DNA of 64,000 bases. Source: Eledone cirrhosa. Lineage: Eukaryota. The stretch lies in assembly GCA_964016885.1 (NCBI GenBank), contig OZ024741.1:302126001-302190000 (forward strand). Direction: 5' to 3'. The notes below the pieces were generated by a model, which saw only the letters and a list, made by a program, of their open reading frames with translations, had not been told where the DNA came from and did not search any database. A program made the translations under genes and the position numbers. Positions 24,601-36,600 of this stretch are shown piece by piece (position 1 is the first letter of the stretch; every line of letters starts with the position of its first letter).

Positions 24601-27600
24601 AAATGAATTTTATATTAATTGGCAAATTATTGACATCTGACATAATTTGATAAATATTAAATGTCAAAACAATGTAAATGACAATTCATCGAAACTAGGT
24701 AATATGTTTGGTGCAGGCGGTGGTTGTATTGCAGGACTGCTGGGACACAGTTAGATGAATGTGTGTGGTTTAACTCTTCTTTGAGTGGTCTGGATCTGAT
24801 GAATCAGGTCAATTATAGCTGTATACTTTACTTTGGCTTGGGTTTAATCTGGATGTGCTTATCTCAGTTACGGAACACATTGGCTCTTGCCACCAACCAT
24901 TCTTTACCATTGCAACTATTAAATATCTTTAATCTTTTTGTAATCAAACCACCAGAAACTACCCCTGTTTGCACAATACAAATTGTTTGTTTTAAAGTTT
25001 TATTTATATTTAAATTAAAACCTTCCATGTTGTGTTACACATGTCGGCTTAACTCTTTCATGACAATATTTTTAATGAAATATACTATATCTGAATTAAA
25101 TAATGAAGAATTAAGAGTTAAAGAATAAATGAAGACAAAAACAATAAATAAAATGATATAAAATATATTGTATACTAGCCGCTGTAAACAGCCTTGACTA
25201 GGTTTCTTAAATCTAAAAACTAGAGTTCTCACTTGCAATTGAGTATGACTTGGTAGTATGTACCATGCTTTTGTTAAGGGCTTTAAGTCCCCATTTAGTT
25301 GCTAGCAGACACAGACACCTTCTTGACCCTCATTCCATTAAAGTTATTATTGTTTTGAACATTATTATTATTATCATCATCACTATTGTCAATGATTATT
25401 ACAGGTCATACTGACTGTGTGAGAGATATTGCCGTCCTTAGTGACAACCAGTTCCTATCTTGTTCCAATGACGGGACTGTTCGCCGATGGCTTCTCAGTG
25501 GAGAATGCCTTCATGTTTATAATGGACACAGCAGCTTTGTGTACAGTATAGCTTTACTACCTAATGATGAAGGATTTGTAACTACTGGAGAAGACAAGAC
25601 TCTGCGAATTTGGCAAGACACATCTTGTGTGCAGACCATTCTTCATCCATGCAGTTCTGTATGGTCAGTGTGCGTTCTTCAGAATGGAGATATTATCACT
25701 GGTGGAAGGTCAGTTGTTTTGTTGTTGTTTCATTTTTTTTTTTTATCACTTTAACTCTTCAATGCAGATAACTAATAATAAAATTGAATAAATTTGGTTA
25801 AGTACCCCTGGAATCGAGAAAAAGTGAACATAAACACCTTTTCTTCCATCTCCAGGGGTACTTTACCTGATTTTATTCAACTATTATTTAGGGCATCAAA
25901 TATTATTATAGTTGTCTGATTATGGCAACTATATTTTCAAATTTCCATATGCTTCATAAATCAAATAAACCTTGTTTAACTCTTTAATTCTTTCTCAATA
26001 TGCATGCAACTGTATTTCCTCTGTCACCTTATATTTTATCTCTCTCTTCCAATGACTAACTCCTGAACTATCCAAATCTCTCGGCTATAAAGGGGAGTGG
26101 ACCCAATTGTTTTTTAGACCTAATTAGGAATTCTAGTCCTTTATCATCTTGTATTTTACTGATGTTTGTGCATTGCCCTATGTACTGTACATGCACTTTT
26201 TTGATGAGTTGTGGTGCACCTGGGCACTGTACACAATATTTCATTATTGTTATTATATCATGACTCATACACTGTTTATTTTCCTGACATTTGTACATTA
26301 TTCTATGTACTATACATGCACCTTTGATGAGTTGTAGTGCACCTGAGCACTGTACACAATAATTTCATTATTATTATTATTATTATTATTATAATATATA
26401 TTTTGTTCAGGGTTTCCTTCTTTAAAGCCTTTTTTTTACTGCTTGAATATTTACATCTATTTTAAAGAAATTTTAGAACTGCACAAATCTTTGAAGTGGA
26501 TGCCATGACTCAGTGTTTGATATTCTCTTAATCTAAGAAACATTTGTAATTGATATTTTTTCAGGTCTCTCTTTCTCTCTCTCACACACACACACACATT
26601 AATTTATTCTTTTTATTTTTTATTATGTAGTGATGCCATGATACGAGTGTTTACCAAATGTACTGACCGTGTGGCCAATGCTGAAGACCAAAAGACATAT
26701 GATGATCTGGTAACTCTCAGTAATGCTTCCTCTAAAGTAGCTGGAGTGAAGATGGAAGACATTCCTGGCATGGAAGTCTTAAGAAAACCTGGTAAATATT
26801 TTTGTTTTTACTCTCATTTTTATTTCTTAGTTCTTACTGATTTATATTTTCTGTAATAGCTGAATGGTTTACAAACTGGATTCTAATTCAGAAATTAAGA
26901 GCTTAACTCTTAATATCTTGTAATGATTAGAAAAATCTAAAAACAAGTTGTTTTTTTAAATTTTGTAGTATGAGAGTAAAGATTTTAATTTCTATTAGTA
27001 CTATTTTGTACTTTCAAGAATGTCTTGCTAATGTGGTTTCGTGTAGTGCAGGAGTTCAGAGGTAAATTCAGTGATAGCTTTTTTGTCATTCTCTTGAACA
27101 ATGCAAATTAATTTATTGGGCTCAGTATTTTTTTTATTATTATACTGTGCTAACTTGTTTGTTTTACCTTTTCAATCCATCTGTACTTATACTTGCGGTA
27201 TTCCAATCACATTATACGCAAACAATAAAATAACCTTAATAATTTGAACTGACCCAGTCATAAGGCAATTGAGAATGATGAAGTGGGAGAAGGAGGAAAA
27301 TAAAAGGACAAGGATGATTGATTGTTACTTTAGGAATCTATTAGTCCCAATATTTTGGATTTACCACACATTATCAAGGAGGATCCATTGAGGAAAACCT
27401 CGGAGAAAACAGATATTGTCTTTCCTGGTCGCTGTTTATAAAATCCAAAATATTTGAACTAATAAATTACTAAGGTAACATCAGTTGTTCTTGTCCTTTT
27501 ATTTCCCTCCTCCACCCACTTTTTGCTTTCTACCTCATCTTTCTCAATTCCCTTATGACTGGATCAGTTCAAATTATTGAGGTTATTTTATTGTTTGCGT

Positions 27601-30600
27601 ATATTGTGATTGGAATACCGCAAGTATTTCAAACCCGCTTGCATTGTACAGTTTCTTAAACACACCCACTTTTTATTTTTATATATATATTGTTATATTG
27701 GGGATAGTCATGTTGCCAGTATTGCCAATAAAAAGAAACACATGCACCATATGATTTTCACTTTATTTTTATTACTAATTATTCATCGAAGTTCTTTCAT
27801 CACACATTCTGTGACCTCCTCAATGACTATTTCTCTTTTTGTGTGCCTCTTCTTTCTGGTCTTAATCTACTACTCCATCTTGTCTTTTGTTTTGTGATGC
27901 ATTTTTCGTGGTTCATGCCTGCATTTGCAACTGCAGCTTCAACTCTGTGTGTTTGAAGTTGTCACTTCTAAATGTGTTTTATGGTGTGTGTGTGGGGGTA
28001 TCTTTCACTGTTTGTGTCTGTTTTCTTCATCCCTTGTTATGTCTTCAATCATTAGGTTGCGGTCTGTTACTATTCCCCTCATGTTTTCTATTCAGGCTCC
28101 ATCTATCTTCTATTATGTGTGTGGATAGGATCCTTATTTCTATGTTATCTATTTATATATATCATCATTTTACGTCCGCTTTTCCCTGCTTGCAAGGGTG
28201 AGACGGGAACTGATACTGGCTTGATTTCTACAGCTGGATGCCCTTCCTAACACCAACCTCATTTACAGTGAGTGTTGGGTGTTTTTTTTTGCCGTGGCAC
28301 CTCCACGACCACTCTGCAGTGGAATGATAGGGACTCCAGCCCCTATCATCTCATTTCTACAGCTGAGTAAACTGGAGCAATGTGAAATAAAGTGTCTTGC
28401 TCAAGGAAACAACACATCATCCGGTCTGAGAATTGAACTCTCAACCTTTCGATTGCAAGGCCAATGCTCTAACCATATATATATATATAATTATATATAT
28501 ATAATACAACCATATCTGTTAAACACCCTCATAAACACAAACAAAATGACCCAAAACCAATGTTGTCCACAAACTCAAGTAAATATTATCCATATACCTA
28601 AACTCAACCTAATCTACCAAATACATACCACAATAGACATAAAATTTAAATAAAATAATCACATCCTTCAGAACTATACCCAAAATATTCCCATGCATAA
28701 CAATAACTAAACCTCTACTAATTACTGGAGCAGAAGCAATGGACATCATCAAGTTATTGCCATCTTATTACATGGGAGGGGGTTGCACTGTGAGCATATT
28801 AGCTAGAATAAGAATACGATGGAAAATGTTCAGGAAGCTACTACCTCCGTTGGCAACAAAAGGTTTCTCTATGAATGAAAGACTGACAATATGATGCCTG
28901 TGTGTGATGTGCAATGCTGCGTGAGAGTGGGACATAGGTACTAAATCCAGAGGAAATATGAAGTAAGCATGTTCTGAGTGCTGTGCAATATTAATATGTG
29001 TGAACGACAAAGCATGGATGAGCTGAGAGAAAAACTCGGTATAAGAGGAATCACATGAGAGAAGACTGCACTGGTATATACATGTGATGTGTATGGATGT
29101 TGATCGTTGTGTGAAGAAGTACCAAGTAATCCAGTGGAAGAAAGCTGTAGTAGAAAACCAAGGAAGACTTGGGTAGAGGTTCGGAGAGCTGATCTCATAT
29201 TGCTGAAGCTCACAGACGAGATGTTGAAAGACTGCAATGAATTGAGGGATGCTGTACTAGAAAAAAAATGATTCAAGCATGGAAAAGTGGACTTAAAATG
29301 CTGAGGAGAATGGTACTGGGGTTCTTGTCACTGCTTTGATTATAGTGCTTTCTTGTTCTCTGTTCTGCAAATTTAGCTTTTTTTTTCATTTGTATTAGTT
29401 TTAAATGTCTTTGTCTCCCTTTTGCAGGCCAGCCTGGTCAGCAACGAATGGTGAGAGATGGTGATAAAATTATGATGTATATATGGAACAGTAACAGTGG
29501 ACAGTGGGATTTACTTGGAGATGTCACTGGATCAGGCAGCGATGACCATGCTCCAACAGGGAAAACGTTGTACAAAGGAAAGGTAAGGTCTTTGAAAATC
29601 TTTAACCCTTCTCTGCAACTGTCAATCATAAATGGATATATTTTATGTGTTGTGCTTTCCTTATATATATATATATTTGAAATTGTGAGAATCTCAAACG
29701 TAGAAAATAAGTCAATCGCTATAAATAATAGCTGGGAGAATCTTGAGGTATTTTACTCAATTCATATATTTATATGTGCCAGCATGGAAAAATGGACATT
29801 AAATGCTGTGATCATCATCATCATCATCATCATCTTCGTTTAACGTCCATGTTCCACGCTTGCATGGGTTTGGACGGGAGTTTTCCCACTTGAGGCAAGA
29901 GTGGTTGTCTTGCTCGCATAGGACTGTCTGGCGGGTTTTCTACAGCTGGATGCCTTCCTAACACCAACCACATTTACAGTGTGGGGCTGGGAGGTTTTTA
30001 CCGTGTTGCCTACACGGCCACATTACAGCGTGGACTGTGTGTTTTTTTGTCGTGACACCTACACGATCTCATTTGTTTCGGCCTGGATGTTGTGACACCA
30101 ACATAACTTTACATTGAAAGGGGTGGTGGGACGAGGGTGTATTTTGTTAGAGATGCCTACTGACTGTAGTAGGTTTTACTTTGTATTTAGGTAAGGCGGG
30201 TCTTCTCTATTACTGAGTACCGCCAAAGATCTCGGTCCAGTGACATTGTCTTGGAGAGGTGTAAGTGTGTGAGGTCGGAATTTATCAGGTCGTCCCAGGT
30301 TTTTCTGGGTCTGCCTACTCCATGGCTACCGTCTATCTTTATTGCCCTGCACTTTGTTATACAGCTGTCGTCTTTCATGCGCATCATGTGACCATACCAA
30401 CGTAGCCTTCTCTCGAGTAAACAACATCTGATCCCTGTTATTTCTAATTTTTTCCTTAGTTCATTTATGCTTTGCCGTTCACGTATATTACTATTACACA
30501 TCCAGCGGAGCATGCAAGCTTCGTTCCTCTCTAGTCTGCGTATATCCTCTGCACACAATGCCCAGGTCTCACTGCCATGCAACATTGCTGTTCGTATGCA

Positions 30601-33600
30601 GGCATCATACAGCCTGCCTTTCATTTTTAGGGAGAACCCTTTAGCGTTAATAGTGGTATAAGCTTTCTGAACTTTTTCCATCCAGTTCTGACTCTAGCTA
30701 CTGTACTTTCGGAGCACCCTCCCCCACTGCTGATTTTGTCACCCAGGTAACGTAAGCTGTCCACTATTTCTATAGAACCCTCTGCACAATTGAAAGAGCT
30801 AGTTTTTTGTGGGCACTTGCTGCTACTTATTGCACCAGAGCACCGGCCACATGTAAAATCTATGTTCTTAGTTAGCTTACCTGTGATCCCACTACATCTT
30901 TTATGCACCCATACTTTGCATTTGGGACATAAAATGGAGTTTCTACCTACGCCTTTCCTACACACTGAGCATGGCCATTTCCCGGAAGGGACCGGCGCCT
31001 TATTTTCTTTCCTACAAACTAGAACTTTAGTCTTAGCCAGGTTAATTTTAAGGCCTTTTGATTCTAGGCCGTGCTTCCATGTTTGGAATTTCTTCTCTAG
31101 CTCAGCCATTGATTCAGCTATGAGCGTTAGATCATCTGCGTATAGGAGTTCCCATGGGCAGCCGGTCTTGAACTCCTCTGTTATAGCCTGAAGGGCAATA
31201 ATAAATAGTAGGGGGCTAAGGACGGAGCCCTGATGAACACCAACTTTTACGCTAAACTCTTCACTATATTCGTTGTTAATTCTAACCTTGCTGACTGTTT
31301 CTTTATACATGGCTTGTATAGCTCTCACAAGCCATTCGTCAACACCTAGTTTTCTAAGAGCCCACCAGATAATGGAACGGGGGACTCTGTCGAAGGCTTT
31401 CTCCAAGTCGACAAAAGCTAAGTATAGGGGTTTACTTTTAGCTAGGTACTTCTCCTGTAGTTGTTGTACAATGAAAAGAGCGTCTGTGATACTTTTGCCT
31501 GACACAAACTCGAACTGCATTTCATCTAGATCAATTCTCTCTCTGATTAGTTGCGCTATTACTTTTTCCGTGACCTTCATGACCTGATCGATTAATTTAA
31601 TGCCTCTATAGTTACTCCTATCTAGGGCATCTCCTTTACCCTTGTAACAGTTAATGATGATGCTGCTACGCCAGTCCTTCGGAACAACCCCATTCTGTAT
31701 GACTTGGTTTACTATCCGGGTGACCATGGTGTGTCCCACCGTTCCAGAGGCTTTCAGCATCTCAGCAACTATTTCCGAAGGCCCAGCCGCCTTACCCGTC
31801 TTCATATCTTTGATTGCCTTACTTATTATACTACCTTCGACTAACACTGCTGGTCCCTCTATTGGGTCGATGTGGGGGAGACTGTCTTTCTCCCATTTAT
31901 TCTCCTCATTTAGTAGCCTTTCGTAGTGACACTTCCAAGCTACCTTCTTATCAGCATCAGTAATGACAAGTACGCCATCATCATTAAGTGATATATATAT
32001 ATATAGTGTTAGGAAAGACATTCTGTTGTAGAAATCAATGGAACATTTGAGCAAGACATGGTCACCTGACCAGTTTATCCTCAGAATGGATTAGACAGGC
32101 AGTTGCCTGTCTAATCCATGCAAATATGGAAAATAGATGTTAAATGGTGGTAATGGTGATTATCATATTTCTGTTGAAAGATGCTGCATATTATTTTCAA
32201 ATCATTTTGAAAATTATCAAGAATTAGAAGGGATTTAGTAATATAATTAACTTTATTATTATTATTATTGGCACTATCAGTAGAAAATCTGGCAACATGC
32301 TTTGCAGCATGGAGTTACAACCCTTTACATTCTGTGTTCAAATCCTGCTAAGGTTAGCTTTTGCCCTTCATCCTTATGGGGTCAGTAAAATAGAGTACAA
32401 GTAATGCACTAGGGTCAATTTAATCAACTTTCTCCTTCCCAAAAAATGTTGGCTTTGTGCCTAAATCAGAAACAATTATTATAATTAAGTTGTTGTTTGG
32501 AACATAACAACGGTTCTTAGATAATTTTTATCCAACCCATGCTAGGATGGAAATGTGGATGCAAAATGATGAAGCACCAGTTTGGAAGTTCCTACAAGAA
32601 AACCTACTGTGAGCTACAGACCAGATATGTGGATACTTTGAGATCAAAGCCAAGTAGAGATTGACATGTGGTAGAACAGTACAGCAGATCATCATCATCA
32701 TTTTTACATCCATTTCTCCACGCTTGCATGGGTCCTTCACTGTATGGCATCTCTCCACTCGTCACGTTCCTTTGTCATCTCCTCTGTGTGTCTCAATGAT
32801 TTGAGGTCAGCTCTCACAACCTCTGCCCAGGTCTTTCTTGATTTACCTAAGCTCTCACCACCTCTACCCAGGCACAAAAATAAAATCTAAAAATCTAGTC
32901 TTAAAAAAAAAGAGAGCCACAAATGATATCAGCAAGTTAAACGAGAAGATAGATATTCACTATATCTAACAATGAGTTAAATGAAACACAGTTCTGTACC
33001 ATAAGGTTCAGAGATGTGAAGTGTTCCAAGTTACAGACCAATGTAAGTCTGGATAAGGGCATCATCTTTAAAAAGTATAGATGAAGTATAGATAAAAAGT
33101 ATAAATGATAATGACGTACTTGACCACACTGATTCTGAGAAGGAAAAGGCAAGAATATGTCACCCCAAGCAGTTGCTGAAAGAGGGGAATGTATAGAAGA
33201 GAGATCACCCAGGGTTTATTTTAAGAAAATTTTAGAACTGCACAAATCTTTGAAGCAGATGCCATGGTCTCAGTGTTTGAAATTTTATGAGTCTAAGGAG
33301 CATTTATAATGGTTATTTTTAACATCTTATGATGATAGACAATTTTTCTTTTTTCTTTTTTCTTTTTTCTTTTTTCTTTTTTCTTTTTTCTTTTTTCTTT
33401 TTTCTTTTTTCTTTTTTCAGGAGTATGATTATGTTTTCAGTGTCGATATAGACCCAAACATCCCAGCTTTAAAATTGCCATACAACTTGGATGAGAATCC
33501 ATGGTTAGTGGCCAACGACTTCTTACAAGCCAATGACTTGAGCCCAATGTTCTTAGACCAAGTAGCCAAGTTTATTATTGATAACTCTAAGGGAGCCCAG

Positions 33601-36600
33601 CCACATGTCGTTTCAACACAAGCTTACAGTGACCCTTTGACTGGTGAATATTATTTTAATCAAGTTTCATTGACATGAACACATATCCACATAATCTTTT
33701 TATTAAAAAAAAAAGATACATGGTGGGTATGTAGCAAAATTCTTGAGTATCAAACAATGACTTAGCAGAAAAAAAATCTAAAACCTGATTTGTGGTTAGT
33801 TAATTCAAATGTTGAACATATCTTTACAAGTGAACAGATCATTGTGAACATTTGCAGTATTATGAGGGTAGGGTGAAAAGTTCATAGGCTGACTATGAAG
33901 GTGATGCTAGAGCTGTGAAATCTTGCATGCATTAATTTCAACTCTTATTAATAACTGCATCGTTTATTTCCAGGTAAACTGACATCTTACTGTTCAAAGA
34001 AAACTTCAAATATAATTAGTTGTGACTTCTCTTGAAAATGGATAAAATTTAGCATTGTGGTGTTATCAAGTACCCAGGGGTTTAACCCCCAAGGACATTC
34101 ATACTGTCACGGTTGCTACATTAGGGGGTGGTGCTCCAGCTTTATTAACAGTGCAAAAGGGAGCAGCTGAATTTAGGAGGGGAAGGGAGAGTCTCGAAGA
34201 TGACCCAAGGTCTGGACATCTTGCAATTGCCACCACCAAGGAAAACATTGATCGTATTCACCACATGCTGATGGATGATAAGCGATTGACTATGAACCAA
34301 ATAGCCAAGGCTTTTAGCATATCCTGTGAGAGAGTTGAGAATATTCTGCACAGTGAACTTGGCATGACAAAGATTTCTGATCAGTGGGTGCAATGTCTTC
34401 TGATACCTGATCAAAAGTGCACCAGGCTGATCACATCACGGGAAAATCTGACATTGTTGAAAGCAGATCCAGCTGGTTTTCTTGAACATTTCCTAACCCA
34501 GGATGAGTGTTGGGTTCATCACTTTGAGCCAGAGGCAGAGTATCAATCCATGCAGTGAAACACCCCTCCTTACCTGCTCCAAAGAAGACCAAGGTTGTTT
34601 CATCTGCAGGGAAAGCGATGGCCTCAGTTTTGGGGGATGGAAAAGGCATTGTGTTTATTGACTATCTTCAAAAGGGCCACACTATCAATGGAGAGTACTA
34701 TGTTAACTTACTGAGGCAGTTATGAAAGGCTATCAAGACCAAACACCCAGAAAAACTGACAAAAGGGGTCTTGTTTCATCAGCACAATGCTCCAGCACAC
34801 AAGTCTTTAGTTTCAATGGCTGCTGTACATGACTGTGGCTTTGAACTGGTTGATCAATCTCCCTATTCTCTGGCTCCATCTGACTATCGTCTGTTCTCCA
34901 ACATGAAAAAACACTTGGCTAGGAACCAGTATCGCAGTGATGATGACATCATATCTGCTGTTGATGACTTTTTTTACCAACAAGATGAAAGTTTCTTCAC
35001 CAATGAGATCCAAGCATTGCAACACTGATGGAAGAAGTTTGTGGACAGCAAGGGGGACTATGTTGAGAAATAAATCTCATTTCGTCACATTCCATGAGTG
35101 TATTTTGGTCAGCCTATAAACTTTTCAGCCAACCCTCGTAAAGTAAAGATCTTAACTTTTAATGCAATGCAGTCATAGTCCTGTTTTGTACTTTTTAAGC
35201 TTGTCCTGCTAACATGGTTTCATGCAGTACAGAATGTTAAAAGTAGACTTAGATGTTTTTGTTTGTTTGTTTTTTTCCTCTTTATAATTCATTCTTGTTT
35301 TATCTTCCAATGTAGTCTAGAATATCCCTCTTATTTCCTCTTTATTTTTTATATCTTCATTTAACAGGAAGTTCTCGTTATATACCACCTGATTTAATTA
35401 CTGGTAACGAAGCAAGTAAGTCATTTCTTACATCTCTTATTCTCCTTCTTCCTCTTTCTTCATTTCATCATAATGTTATTCGAGGTGTGGTGTATATATG
35501 TGTGTGTGTATGAAGGCACCTTGCATAGTGGTTAAGGTGTTCAGCTCACAATTATAAGGTTGTGACTTGAATTCCTTGACTGAGCAGAATGTCCTTGAGC
35601 AAGGTATTTTATTTCACATTGCTCCAGTTCATATAGCTGTCACAATGCAGATAACTATAATAATAGTTGATAACTATAGATAATGGTTGAATGTATTGGG
35701 TAAAGTACCGCTGGAGACAAGAAAAGGTGGACAGAGAATGTGTGGTTCAACTCTTTGTTCTTCTTCACCCACTTATTCCTGAGATGGTTGTGGGCACAGA
35801 GTCCTCATCACGTCTTCCAGAAGATCCTATTAGAAGCAGCCATCTGCAAATGATCCGCTTGGATCCCTAAGCGAGACCAACCAAGCTTATGAATGTTATC
35901 CAACCATCTCGCTCGTGGTCTACCTCTAGATCTCCTGCCAGTTGGCTTTGCTCCTAAAATCTGTCTAACACTTCTTTTCTTAGACATTCTAACCACATCT
36001 TCAGAGTACCAGAGCTACAATGTCTCAATGCTGAGAAGTAGCAACTCTTGGATCTCTGAGCCTTATTGAGTAACATTACTGCAAAGACCTTTTGGAGGAA
36101 TCCCATTTTGAGAACAAACATTAGCACTTGACATCTCTGTCCACTTTTCAAATTTCTTTGTAAATCTTAAGTACATTTTATTTAATCTTGCTTCTATTAA
36201 TTATGATTTTCTGAATTTCCTTAAGAACTCCCTTCATTAGCAAAGATCTCATTAACCTTATCTACTGTGAATATTTCTGCTTCTATTTAACAGAGTGCAC
36301 TCCAACCAACTCCTTCTTTCCCAGGCATGCGTTCCTTACAGTGGATGCTGCCAATGAAAAACAAATACTCGGTAAATTTCTCTGTTAATTTCAATTATAT
36401 ATTTTTAACACTTTTCATACCATAATTCTAATGGCTATGATTTTCAAATAACTAACTTTCTTATTATTATGCTGGTGTTCTGAACAAAACTTAATGAAGC
36501 TTCTTACATAAGATTATGATGGAAGGTTTTTAGATAAATATAAACATTTTAAAATACACAACTTTGTATCATAGAACAAACAACAATTTGGTTAAGATAT

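Noticed and set aside
26461-26545. Firm H/ACA snoRNA call for block A
   Set aside because: The ACA is GCA in the paralog and there is no clean H box; kept only as a hypothesis.
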